This document shows positions 1 to 9,419 of a stretch of 64,000 nucleotides of DNA, in pieces; the first letter of the stretch is position 1; each line of letters starts with the position of its first letter. The stretch comes from Patescibacteria group bacterium. GTDB taxonomy: Bacteria; Patescibacteriota; Microgenomatia; UBA1400; PJMF01. The DNA lies in the NCBI GenBank assembly GCA_049322655.1, contig JBMORP010000002.1:172915-236914 (forward strand), written 5' to 3'. A program made the translations under genes and the position numbers. The notes under the pieces were generated by a model. That model saw nothing but the letters and a program-made list of their open reading frames with translations, was not told the DNA's origin and searched no databases.

Positions 1-1
1 A

Positions 2-427
2 TGGAAAACCTACTCTTTAGCTGCTGACAATGATTTCCCTACTCCATTCCTAAATATTTTTAATCAAATAGAGTTAGTTGGTTTTACTGAATCTGATCAG
101 CCAACCGAAGCTGGCAGAATGATTATCTACTGTACTGATAACCCAGATGGAAAAGCTGTTTTAGATTTAAAAAATAAAATTACCACCGAGCTTGAAACTA
201 ACGAAGATCTTAAAGAAATTACTATTGTTTCTAGTTTAGAAAAAAAACTTTGGGGTAAAGCTAGTTTAGAGTTAGTTTTTTCTGGTAGAAATCTTGATGG
301 CCAAATTTTTTATGCAACTGCGACTAATAAGCATTTCTACTTAATTGGTAAACAAGTTACTAATCCTGATGAAAATGTTAAAAAAGATCTTGAGCGTATG
401 TTTAACGGTATTATCTTTTTGGACTAG
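2..427 (+). CDS. hypothetical protein, probably 5'-partial (frame open from window start; first in-window Met at 119)
   Basis: The ORF track gives 119..427. The same frame has no stop codon back to nt 2, which is unlikely by chance in AT-rich DNA. I recognise no motif. Confidence 0.4.
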   Translation, partial: WKTYSLAADNDFPTPFLNIFNQIELVGFTESDQPTEAGRMIIYCTDNPDGKAVLDLKNKITTELETNEDLKEITIVSSLEKKLWGKASLELVFSGRNLDGQIFYATATNKHFYLIGKQVTNPDENVKKDLERMFNGIIFLD

Positions 428-429
428 TG

Positions 430-502
430 TGGACCACAGGAGAATCGAACTCCTGACCTTTGCAATGCGAATGCAACGCTCTACCAACTGAGCTAGTGGC
501 CC
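430..502 (-). tRNA. tRNA-Ala (anticodon CGC), no encoded CCA
   Basis: The reverse complement folds as a cloverleaf: GGGCCAC acceptor stem with a G3:U70 pair, GCTCAGTTGGTAGAGC D-arm, anticodon loop TTCGCAT and a GGTTCGATTCC T-arm. Confidence 0.85.
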
Positions 503-569
503 GAATGTTGTTATTTTAACACTCTCATCTGCTTGACTAATCACTTGTTTTTTTATAGGATATATTAGT

Positions 570-672
570 TATGACAAAAGTAGCTGTTAAACTAGCTCAC
601 CATCATTCCCTCCGCTAAAGTGTGGGTAATGGTTGTTATTGTCTAAAATACCCGCACCAAGCGGGTTTTTTC
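570..672 (+). promoter_or_regulatory. candidate hisS attenuator: leader ORF MTKVAVKLAHHHSLR (570..617) plus antiterminator and terminator
   Basis: An AGGA motif sits 9 nt upstream of the ATG at 570. Codons CAC CAT CAT occupy 597..605 and the stop is at 615..617. gtgtgggta (619..627) can pair with tacccgcac (648..656), which is the 5' half of the terminator hairpin acccgc-accaa-gcgggt followed by TTTTT (649..670). This lies 55 nt before the hisS ATG. Confidence 0.4.
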
Positions 673-727
673 ATGGCAAACTGCCAACAAAACAATTTTA
701 AAAATCAGTACAATACAGAAAGAAGAT

Positions 728-1972
728 ATGACAAAACCACAAATACAAACCCTCAAAGGCTTTAGAGATTTTTTACCCAGAGAAAAAAGAGCTCGTAACT
801 TTGTGATGGCCAAAGTAACCGAAACATTTGAAACCTTTGGTTTTCAACCTTTGGAAACACCAACTTTGGAGTATGCTGCCCTATTACTTGGTAAATATGG
901 CGATGAAGCAGACAAACTAGTCTACAATTTTGAGGATCGTGGCGGACGAAAAATTGGCTTGCGTTATGACCAAACCGTCCCTAGCGCTAGAGTTTTGGCT
1001 CAATATCAAAGCCAGTTACCAAAATACTTTCGTCGTTACCAAATTCAAAATGTTTTCCGAGCAGAAAAACCTCAAAAAGGCAGATTCAGAGAATTTACTC
1101 AATGTGATATCGATATCTTTGGTAGTAATTCTCCCCTAGCCGATGCTGAAATCATGACTTGTACTTATCAAGCTTTCAAAAATGTTGGTTTTAAAAATGT
1201 CATTTTGAAGTTTAATGATCGAGAAACTCTGATTAAAACCTTAACTCCTTTTTCCAACACCCAAGTTAACGTCTTTTCGATCATTCAAAGTATTGATAAA
1301 TTAGATAAAATTAAACCCGAAGATGTAATCACTGAATTAGTTAAAAAAGGCCTAGAAAAAAACACCGCAGAAAAAACTTTGACATCAATAAAAGGTGCTG
1401 AAAAATCAGCAAATTTAAAAGAAATTGAACAAATTTCCATTAATTTGGGTATACCTAAAGAAGCTATCCAATTTACACCCACTTTGGCTCGTGGTTTAGA
1501 TTACTATACTGGCATGATTTTTGAAGTGATCATCCCAGAGTACTCAGCTGGCTCTTGTGGTGGTGGTGGTCGTTATGACAACCTAATTAAAGATTTGGGC
1601 GGCCCTCAAATTCCAGCCACTGGGATTGCTTTCGGGTTTGACCGCATGGTTGAAGCAGCCCAATCCCTACAAATCATTCCTGAAAATCAAGGCGTTGAGG
1701 TCTTGATGGCTAACTTTGACCAGCAAGCCCTTGCCACTGCCCTACAAGTAACAAATAAATTAAGACAGCTAAGCATTAAAACCGAGCTTTACCCAAACAT
1801 TGATAAGCTAGGTAAACAATTTAAATACGCTGATCAAAATAAAATACCTTATGTTTTTATCGTAGGTGAAGAGGAAATAAAAAACCAAACTATCTCGATT
1901 AAAAACATGCAAACAGGTGAACAAAAAGTTATTAGTGTTGAACAACTTGATTCATTCAGACAGGCTTGGTAA
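728..1972 (+). CDS. hisS: histidyl-tRNA synthetase
   Basis: Class II aaRS motifs (LRYDQT, GGGGRYD) with end-to-end HisRS-like sequence. Confidence 0.95.
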   Translation: MTKPQIQTLKGFRDFLPREKRARNFVMAKVTETFETFGFQPLETPTLEYAALLLGKYGDEADKLVYNFEDRGGRKIGLRYDQTVPSARVLAQYQSQLPKYFRRYQIQNVFRAEKPQKGRFREFTQCDIDIFGSNSPLADAEIMTCTYQAFKNVGFKNVILKFNDRETLIKTLTPFSNTQVNVFSIIQSIDKLDKIKPEDVITELVKKGLEKNTAEKTLTSIKGAEKSANLKEIEQISINLGIPKEAIQFTPTLARGLDYYTGMIFEVIIPEYSAGSCGGGGRYDNLIKDLGGPQIPATGIAFGFDRMVEAAQSLQIIPENQGVEVLMANFDQQALATALQVTNKLRQLSIKTELYPNIDKLGKQFKYADQNKIPYVFIVGEEEIKNQTISIKNMQTGEQKVISVEQLDSFRQAW

Positions 1973-1986
1973 AAACAGTTGGTCCA

Positions 1987-1995
1987 TGATATAAT
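1987..1995 (+). promoter_or_regulatory. extended -10 element TGATATAAT upstream of rpmE
   Basis: Perfect TGnTATAAT about 40 nt upstream of the rpmE ATG. AAGGAAA lies before the start. Confidence 0.4.
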
Positions 1996-2034
1996 CTCTT
2001 TCTTCGAGATAGATATCTTATTTTAAGGAAAAAA

Positions 2035-2391
2035 ATGAAAACAAATATACATCCTCAGTGGCACCATGACACTACCGTTACTTGTAGTTGTGGTAACACT
2101 TTTACCACTGGTTCCACCAAACAAAACATCACTGTAGATATTTGTAGTGCTTGTCACCCTTTCTTTACCGGTGAAATGAAGTTTGTTGATCGTCAAGGTC
2201 GTGTGGATCGCTTTATGGCAAAAATGAGGTTGGCTCAAGATAAACAAGCTACTGCCAAAAAGAAAACTAAAGCTGCTAATGACAAAACCAATCAACCAAA
2301 ATCTTATCAAGAGATTTTGCGTGAACAAAAATCAACTCTTCAACAATCAGCTAAAGCTACTGCCGAAGAAATCAAAGCTTCCCAAAATTAG
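2035..2391 (+). CDS. rpmE: ribosomal protein L31 with Lys-rich C-terminal tail
   Basis: CxxC...CxxC zinc ribbon and the HPFFTG motif typical of L31. Confidence 0.9.
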   Translation: MKTNIHPQWHHDTTVTCSCGNTFTTGSTKQNITVDICSACHPFFTGEMKFVDRQGRVDRFMAKMRLAQDKQATAKKKTKAANDKTNQPKSYQEILREQKSTLQQSAKATAEEIKASQN

Positions 2392-2437
2392 CTCATCAAA
2401 CTAGGCTTAAACTCATCTCTACCAATTAAGAGGTATA

Positions 2438-3406
2438 ATGAGTTTTATCTTTTCTATGCATAATCCCTATCTTGAACAAATTAACCAGCTATCAACAAAA
2501 ATTGCTGAAAATCAGGCTTTACTTACTGATCCTGATTTAGGTGAATTGGCTCAAGCGGAAATTACTGAGCTTGAAATTCAAAAAAAAGCCTTAGAAGACG
2601 CCGCTGAAGAGCTATTACAAGGCTCCAAAGGTAGTGAGAGTGGTGAGACAGATACTTCTAAATCTAGTGCTATTTTGGAAATAAGAGGTGGAGCTGGTGG
2701 TGATGAGGCTAAAATCTGGGCCAATGATTTGTTGCGCATGTATCTAAGGTTTATTGAGAACAATAACCTTAAAATGGAATACATCGATGACCTGGTAATC
2801 AAGATTCGTGGTCGTATCGAGTTAGGTGAAGAAACTCTTTATGCTTATGATTTATTCAAATATGAGTCAGGAGTTCACCGAGTCCAAAGAGTCCCTGAAA
2901 CAGAAGCCCAAGGTAGAATTCATACTTCGACAGCTTCAGTGGCTGTTTTGCCAGAAATTAAGGAGAATGCGATTGAAATTAGAGATGAAGATTTAGACTG
3001 GCAATTTATGCGAGCCGGTGGAGCTGGTGGCCAATCAGTGAATAAGACTAGTAGTGCTGTCCGTTTAACCCATACCCCCTCTGGAATTGTCGTAACTTCC
3101 AGTCAAGAGAGAAAACAAGCTCAAAATCGCCAAATTGCTTTGGAGTTACTTAGAGCCCAACTCTGGGAAATTGAAGAAGAAAAGAAACAAGCTGCTTTAG
3201 GAAATGCTCGAAAAGCCATCGGTCGTAACATGAGAGCTGAGAAGATTCGTACTTACAACTACCCTCAAAATCGAGTCACTGATCACCGGATTAATGTTTC
3301 TTGGCATAGCTTAGAAACTATTATTGAAGGCGACATTAAAAAAATGTTGCTAGAGGTGAGGCAAAAGCTAGAAACTCCAGAAGAAGAAACTAATCAGAGT
3401 GAGTAG
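2438..3406 (+). CDS. prfA: peptide chain release factor 1
   Basis: GGQ motif (RAGGAGGQSVNKT) and an RF1-type PxT tripeptide (PET) in VQRVPETEAQGRIHTS. Confidence 0.9.
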   Translation: MSFIFSMHNPYLEQINQLSTKIAENQALLTDPDLGELAQAEITELEIQKKALEDAAEELLQGSKGSESGETDTSKSSAILEIRGGAGGDEAKIWANDLLRMYLRFIENNNLKMEYIDDLVIKIRGRIELGEETLYAYDLFKYESGVHRVQRVPETEAQGRIHTSTASVAVLPEIKENAIEIRDEDLDWQFMRAGGAGGQSVNKTSSAVRLTHTPSGIVVTSSQERKQAQNRQIALELLRAQLWEIEEEKKQAALGNARKAIGRNMRAEKIRTYNYPQNRVTDHRINVSWHSLETIIEGDIKKMLLEVRQKLETPEEETNQSE

Positions 3407-3931
3407 TAAACTAAAAAAAACCTTTTCCTCACCCTAATCTCCCATTTTCTCCTAAAAAATCAACAAAGTCTTACCATAACTCAGACTGGCCTAACTGTAG
3501 CTAAAAAAACCATAAAAAATAACTTTTTAATATTTTTCCTGACCCAAACAACTTGACTAAGTCCTAATAATATGATATTATAGGATAATATTTTAAACTG
3601 CTCTTTAACATCCTACTGTAGGAAGACATTGGTTGTGATTAAGCCAAAAATCAATGCGATTTTTTACTTTTAATCACTCCCAAAAATCACAATCGATTTG
3701 CTTCCTACAATTTTACAGACCATATATTTCAGCGTCTGCTTTTCTTGAAGAGGATGTTTTTCTAACTTATAGATTTTTAAATGACTATTACTTATTATAT
3801 TTTTTATTTCATTTAAATCTAAGTTTTTTCATTGTCTTCAATAAAGCGGACGCTGAGATCTAGCTATTCGGCCAGATCACAGTCAGTGTAACCTGGAAGT
3901 CCGACTAAAAAACCAAGAAAGTATTTCAATC

Positions 3932-4984
3932 ATGAAACATCAGCTTAAAGTTGTAGGAATTCTGTTCCTCACTTTAGCCGTTTTCCTCTCCGCCTGTGCC
4001 CCTAGCGCTGGCGTTGCTCCGGCTGCTCCCGCGACCGGTAATGTCGAATCCTCCCCTGTTCTACCCGATGGGTCAGTTGGCCAACCGGCCGGCGTGTATG
4101 TTTACGCCGACCTCAAGCCGTATTTCGCCGACCCAATGGTCTCGGCTTGTATCGAAGCTATCGCCTACACAAGCATGACTTATGAAGAGCGCGGCGCTTA
4201 CTGCGTCCCACGCTACCTCAAGCCCAAAGCCCAAACCATGACGGCGGCAGAACTGTCCCAGTCCATGGGACTGGCCACGGTTTACGCCATCCGGCAGAAC
4301 GCCTGGCAAATTGCCACTCCTGAATCTGTAGCCCTGCCTTCCCTGTCCTGGCTGGGCCCAACTTTAATCGGTCTGGGGTATGCGCTTGGTGTAGGTACCA
4401 CCTATGCCTACATCGCTACTTCAGAAACCTATGCCGCGAAAGTGGCAAGTTGGGAAATGGAGGCGCTGACTCCGGAAACTCAAGTCATCGTCCTTGGGTA
4501 TGAAGGAGTCATCACTACCTCCTACCCCATGACTGGCGAAATCCCCAGCATTACTAGCTGGGAACAGGCAAATGCTGAGTGGGATAAGTTGTACGCAACC
4601 GCGTCAACTATTCCGTTGACAGCAACTGCCAACATCGGAATGGACCAAAAAACCTTCAAAGGTCCAGCTGGTTCAACCTTTACCCTGACCTATATCGGTT
4701 TATCCAGCATGTGCTACATGAACCTTTTCACCCATCTGATGTGGTGGGACGGGAACCAGTGGCAACATAAGATGTTCGAATCCAACATCAACCGGTCTGA
4801 TGGCCCTTGCAAGCCGTGGGACTTTGTGGACATTTTCAGACAACTAGCTGACAAAATCAGCGAATTTGCCAAAAAACTAACCACAGAGCAATGGTTTTCT
4901 AGCAATGCCTACAAGGTCATTGAAGACCTGATGTACTTCGCCTTTAAGATGATTACAACCATCCTCAAGGGCATGGTCCCGTAA
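3932..4984 (+). CDS. lipoprotein of unknown function encoded on a high-GC island
   Basis: Signal peptide with lipobox FLSAC. The coding DNA is visibly GC-rich (gcc/ggc/ccg-rich) unlike all neighbours. Confidence 0.7.
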   Translation: MKHQLKVVGILFLTLAVFLSACAPSAGVAPAAPATGNVESSPVLPDGSVGQPAGVYVYADLKPYFADPMVSACIEAIAYTSMTYEERGAYCVPRYLKPKAQTMTAAELSQSMGLATVYAIRQNAWQIATPESVALPSLSWLGPTLIGLGYALGVGTTYAYIATSETYAAKVASWEMEALTPETQVIVLGYEGVITTSYPMTGEIPSITSWEQANAEWDKLYATASTIPLTATANIGMDQKTFKGPAGSTFTLTYIGLSSMCYMNLFTHLMWWDGNQWQHKMFESNINRSDGPCKPWDFVDIFRQLADKISEFAKKLTTEQWFSSNAYKVIEDLMYFAFKMITTILKGMVP

Positions 4985-5057
4985 AGCAAATCGAGCGTGA
5001 ATCAGAAGTCTCGCTGTCGGTATCAACTGACAGCGGGGCTTCCCGCTCATATAAAAT

Positions 5058-5083
5058 ACACCACTTTAATAAGTGGTTTTTTT
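5058..5083. terminator. bidirectional rho-independent terminator between the convergent lipoprotein and MFS genes
   Basis: accact-ttaata-agtggt followed by a T7 run. Two further hairpins lie at 5012..5050. Confidence 0.6.
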
Positions 5084-6278
5084 AAGTCAATTTACCCAAT
5101 GAAGACAGTTGTTTATATCTGATTAATTGTGGCACCAATAACCCAATCATCACTAACCCCAGAATCCACGCAAACTCATTAGGAGAACTTTGTTCAATCA
5201 TGTCACCAATAAAATAAGCTAATAAAACAAATGGTAAATCAGATAATAACGCCATTGTTGATAAAGCAGTCGCTCGGTTTTTTGAGTCAATAAACTCATT
5301 TAATAATAAAGATTTCGAATTATTAAAAGTAGTCGAGCTACTAATTCTGATAAAGATCAAAAACATGCCCCCAATTGCTCCCACCCATTTGGCACCCAAG
5401 AAAGAAACCACCAAAAATAATGAAGCCAAAACAGCCAGTTTACCAGCAGAAAACCTAGCTTTTACTCTGGGATAGTAGTGAGCGGCTAAAGCCGCTACTA
5501 AATAACCAAAACCAAATAATAAGCCGACTTCTTTACCACCCAAACCGTATTCTCTAGCTTGAGAGATTCCCAAGATTTTAGCTGCAATCACATAACCTGC
5601 CGCAATAGTAATTAAAATGAAAGTAATTGAGCGGTTTTTTTTCTGAGCAAAAAGTTCTTTAAAACCAGTTAAGTTTTGTTTCAGATAGGTTTTAAAAGAA
5701 AAAACTTGTGAATCAATTTTTGGTTCAACTAAAAAGAAACTCAAACCGAGTGCCACCAAAGTAAAGATTAAAGTAACTACATAAGGTAAGGTTGGATCAA
5801 GATCGAACATCAAGCCACCCAAAATTGCCGAGATAAACAGTGCTAACCAACTAAGAGTCTCATTTTTAGCTACAACCTGCACAAATTGACCTTCATTTTT
5901 TTCGTCCTTTAAAGTGTCATATTGCAAAGATTCCAACGCACCTGACCATAAAGCCTGAGACAAACCTTGGATTAATCTAGCCACTAAAAACCACCAAAAA
6001 GTCTTGCCCACAATAATTAGTAAAAAAGAAATTGCACCAAAAACTCTTGATAGAATCAGGGTTTTCTTTCTGCCAACCACATCAGCAATTGCCCCGGTAG
6101 GAATTTCTAACAAGCTCCCAGCAATCGTGGTAGCAGCACCAATTAAAGCGACTTCTTTAAAATCTAGAAAACGCAAAAAATAAAATATCCAGATAGCAAT
6201 CGGAAAATAAAGTTCCCACTGAAACACTAATAACCAAGAAATCAGGATATTTCTTGAATACTTTAGTTTGGCAGTCAT
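5082..6278 (-). CDS. MFS transporter
   Basis: Twelve-TM-like hydrophobic profile and MFS-like loop motifs. Confidence 0.8.
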   Translation of the reverse strand: MTAKLKYSRNILISWLLVFQWELYFPIAIWIFYFLRFLDFKEVALIGAATTIAGSLLEIPTGAIADVVGRKKTLILSRVFGAISFLLIIVGKTFWWFLVARLIQGLSQALWSGALESLQYDTLKDEKNEGQFVQVVAKNETLSWLALFISAILGGLMFDLDPTLPYVVTLIFTLVALGLSFFLVEPKIDSQVFSFKTYLKQNLTGFKELFAQKKNRSITFILITIAAGYVIAAKILGISQAREYGLGGKEVGLLFGFGYLVAALAAHYYPRVKARFSAGKLAVLASLFLVVSFLGAKWVGAIGGMFLIFIRISSSTTFNNSKSLLLNEFIDSKNRATALSTMALLSDLPFVLLAYFIGDMIEQSSPNEFAWILGLVMIGLLVPQLIRYKQLSSLGKLT

Positions 6279-6282
6279 GTTT

Positions 6283-7590
6283 TTATAAAGATTCGATACC
6301 CTTTAACAACACCTCATCTTGTTCTGTCTCTGGATTATTTTTGATCTCAACATCCACAGGAATTCCCTCTTCATGAATCCATTCTCCTTCAGGCATTAAC
6401 CAACGACCAATTGTGATGTGAACTCCTCCACCATTAGACAATTCTCTTCTGTCCTGCACAGTTCCCTTGCCAAAAGTTCTTTCTCCCACTAGTTTTGCCC
6501 CAACATTGTCCTTTAATGCTCCAGCTACAATCTCAGAAGCAGAGGCGCTGCCTTTATTGACAAGCACCACTGTTGGAATGCCGACTAATCTAGCCTTACC
6601 TCTAGCACTAAAATCTCTGGTTTGAACTTTACCTTTTTGCGAAACAACTATCCCACTTTTAAAAAACTCACTAGCTACTGTAATAGAAGTATCAAAGAAA
6701 CCACCGGGATTATTTCTGACATCCAATACTATGCCTGAGAGAGTCGATTTATTGGCCAAAATCTTCTCGACAGCGTCATCCCATTCAGCCTCGGTTCTTT
6801 CACCAAACCTAGTTAATTTAAGATGAGCAACTTTTTTACCAGCATGTTCCACAAATTCTAATTCTACTGATTTAACAACAATCTCATCTCTGATGATTTC
6901 GATCTCAAAAGTCCCTCTTTCTTTATCGGTAGGTCGATAAAGAGTTAAAATAACTGGTTCTCCCTTGCCACCTCTAATACTATTAACTGCTTTATTTAAA
7001 GACCAACCAGTCGTATCTTCATCCAAACCAGTTTGCTGATCTTCAACATGAATAATCAAGTCTCCAGCTTCTACTCCAGCTTTTTGAGCTGGACTATCAT
7101 CAAGCGGAGCCACTACTGCCAAAGTATTATCAATATAACCAAGTTCAATACCCACTCCATAAAAACTACCAGCTAAATCCTCTCCGTTTCGTTGATTATC
7201 CTCTGGAGGTAAATAAGCAGTATAGGGATCACCCAATGAAGCAGTCATCCCAGCAATTGCTCCATGAACCATTTTTTCAGCATCAAGTTTTTCTGGTTCT
7301 AGGTATTCTTTTTCAAGATAACCCCATACTTCCCAAAAAGTATTAAAATTAACAGAATCATCTTGTGGCTTAGGATCTCCAGTTAGCCTTGAAGACTGCC
7401 TAGTTTGTTCTTTGGAAATTGAGCTAGCAATAAAAGCAACTTTTTCCAAACTAAAAGGTAATTTACCTGTTTTAGAAAATTGGAAACCAATTAACGCTCC
7501 TACCCACAACAATAAAATAACCACCACTGTATTGAGTAGGTTTTGCAGATTAAAAATCTGATTTTTTTTGGGTAAAGTAATTGATTTCAT
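6283..7590 (-). CDS. ctpA: carboxyl-terminal processing protease (S41)
   Basis: PDZ segment and S41 catalytic block GSASASEIVAGAL. Confidence 0.85.
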   Translation of the reverse strand: MKSITLPKKNQIFNLQNLLNTVVVILLLWVGALIGFQFSKTGKLPFSLEKVAFIASSISKEQTRQSSRLTGDPKPQDDSVNFNTFWEVWGYLEKEYLEPEKLDAEKMVHGAIAGMTASLGDPYTAYLPPEDNQRNGEDLAGSFYGVGIELGYIDNTLAVVAPLDDSPAQKAGVEAGDLIIHVEDQQTGLDEDTTGWSLNKAVNSIRGGKGEPVILTLYRPTDKERGTFEIEIIRDEIVVKSVELEFVEHAGKKVAHLKLTRFGERTEAEWDDAVEKILANKSTLSGIVLDVRNNPGGFFDTSITVASEFFKSGIVVSQKGKVQTRDFSARGKARLVGIPTVVLVNKGSASASEIVAGALKDNVGAKLVGERTFGKGTVQDRRELSNGGGVHITIGRWLMPEGEWIHEEGIPVDVEIKNNPETEQDEVLLKGIESL

Positions 7591-7637
7591 ATGAACGACT
7601 TATTGTAACCCTTCAGCCTCATCAGGTACAGAGAAAT

Positions 7638-9419
7638 TTATTTGACAGTCACACTTTTAGCTAGATTTCTTGGTTTATCAGGATCATTGCCTAATTTAAT
7701 CGCCAAGTAGTAAGCCAAAAGCTGAAAAGGAATAACCTTAGTAATTGGGTCAAGTTCTCCAAGCTCAGGTGCAACCAAATGCACATCAAAAAAATCATTG
7801 TTTTCTTGAGCAATACCGACTACCTTAGCACCTCTAGCCTTAACTTCCGCCAAAGCACTAATAACTTCATGTTGTTCCTGAATATCTCCTCCCACAATAC
7901 CAATTACAAAAGTGCCTTTTTCAATCAAAGCAATTACCCCATGTTTTAGTTCTCCAGCTGAAAAACCTTCAAAGTGCTTATAACTGATCTCCTTGATTTT
8001 TAAAGCACCCTCCAAAGCAGTATAAAAATGCTGATTTTTACCCAAAACAAAGACGTGTTCTTGATTGGCTAATTGTTGGGCTAGTTTTTTAAATACTGTT
8101 TGGTGATGGTGATCTGAAAAGTATGCTTGAAGTTGGTCAGCCAGTTGACGAATATTTTGTTGAGCTTGATCATATCTTCCCATGACTGTTTGAGCTAATA
8201 AATAACCCCAAACCAACTGAGACGTATAAGCTTTAGTGGAAGCAACACAAATTTCTGGACCTGATCTGGAAAAAAATTGGTAATCAGAAAATCTAGTCAA
8301 AGTTGAACCAACCATATTAACAATACTAGCCACCTCAACTTGTTTTTCTTTCAATTGTTCAATAACTGCTAACGTATCGGCTGTTTCTCCACTTTGACTA
8401 ACCGCAATCACCAAATCTTTTTGGGTAATTAGGGGCAAATAATTTGCTGATTCATAAGCTTTAAGTTCAAAAGCATTAATCCCAACCATCCTTAAAAACC
8501 TAGCAATTTGCCCAGCAGCGAAAGCCGCTGTACCAGCTCCCAGTGTATAAACTTTGTCAGCCATCTTGATTTTATTAACCAACTTAGAAAAATCTTGCTC
8601 ACTATAACTAGCTGCTTCGATTACCGTGTGTTGTTGCTCAAAAATCTCCTTGACCATAAAGTGCGGAAAGCCATCTTTATCTATCTTTTCTGCTTGTTGG
8701 GTTAAGAGATGTTTCTTAAAATTAAGTTTTTTGCCTGTTTTGACAGCAAACAATTGCACATTCCCATGACTAATTTTCACTAATTGGCCATCTAATACAT
8801 AAATTAGTTCAGGCACATTGCCCAATAAAGGCATCGTGTCAGAAGCCAAATAAACTTCTTGTCGGCCGACTCCCACTACCAACGGAGAACCTTGCCGAAC
8901 AGCAATAATTGTTTCGGTTAATTTATCCAAAACTACAAAAGTATTTCTGCCTGTTAACTGCAAAAAAGTTTGGCTAACAGCAACTCTCAAATCTTTAGTC
9001 TGCTGTAGCTGATAGTGCAGTAAATGTACAATTACCTCGGTATCGGTTTGGGTGGTAAATTTATAGCCAAGTTTTTTAAGTTGGTCTTTGAGTGGCAAAA
9101 AATTTTCAACAATACCATTTTGTACTACTGCAAATCTGCCATCAATTGATAAATGAGGGTGAGCATTATTCTTAGTCACGCCACCATGAGTTGCCCACCG
9201 AGTGTGACCAATCCCAAGCAAAGAAGGTTTTTTGTTTTTAGCAGCCAAACCAGTAATTTGGCCAGTTTTTTTATCAATAAAAATACCATGATCAGTAGTT
9301 AGAGCTACGCCCCAAGAGTCATAACCACGATACTCCATAGTCTTAAGCCCCGTAATAATTTTATTTGCTACTTGGGTTTGGTTGTTGAGATTACTACTGT
9401 AACCAATAATGCCACACAT
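7638..9419 (-). CDS. glmS: glutamine--fructose-6-phosphate aminotransferase
   Basis: MCGIIGY N-terminus and SIS domains. I trimmed the start to the Met preceding the catalytic Cys, because the longer ORF would bury Cys1. Confidence 0.95.
   Translation of the reverse strand: MCGIIGYSSNLNNQTQVANKIITGLKTMEYRGYDSWGVALTTDHGIFIDKKTGQITGLAAKNKKPSLLGIGHTRWATHGGVTKNNAHPHLSIDGRFAVVQNGIVENFLPLKDQLKKLGYKFTTQTDTEVIVHLLHYQLQQTKDLRVAVSQTFLQLTGRNTFVVLDKLTETIIAVRQGSPLVVGVGRQEVYLASDTMPLLGNVPELIYVLDGQLVKISHGNVQLFAVKTGKKLNFKKHLLTQQAEKIDKDGFPHFMVKEIFEQQHTVIEAASYSEQDFSKLVNKIKMADKVYTLGAGTAAFAAGQIARFLRMVGINAFELKAYESANYLPLITQKDLVIAVSQSGETADTLAVIEQLKEKQVEVASIVNMVGSTLTRFSDYQFFSRSGPEICVASTKAYTSQLVWGYLLAQTVMGRYDQAQQNIRQLADQLQAYFSDHHHQTVFKKLAQQLANQEHVFVLGKNQHFYTALEGALKIKEISYKHFEGFSAGELKHGVIALIEKGTFVIGIVGGDIQEQHEVISALAEVKARGAKVVGIAQENNDFFDVHLVAPELGELDPITKVIPFQLLAYYLAIKLGNDPDKPRNLAKSVTVK

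Noticed and set aside
341-544. 67-aa minus-strand ORF
   Set aside because: It overlaps tRNA-Ala and its promoter region, so it is spurious.
506-727. T-box riboswitch upstream of hisS
   Set aside because: A UGGG bulge-like fragment and His codons are present, but the leader (about 120 nt of transcript) is too short for stem I/specifier architecture and lacks the conserved T-box sequence. The leader-peptide attenuator explains the features better.
2023-2328. 101-aa ORF antisense to rpmE
   Set aside because: Fully antisense to the well-supported L31 gene, with an implausible composition.
3654-3863. 69-aa ORF in the prfA-lipoprotein spacer
   Set aside because: It lies within AT-rich inverted-repeat debris and has no RBS. 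It is more likely non-coding.
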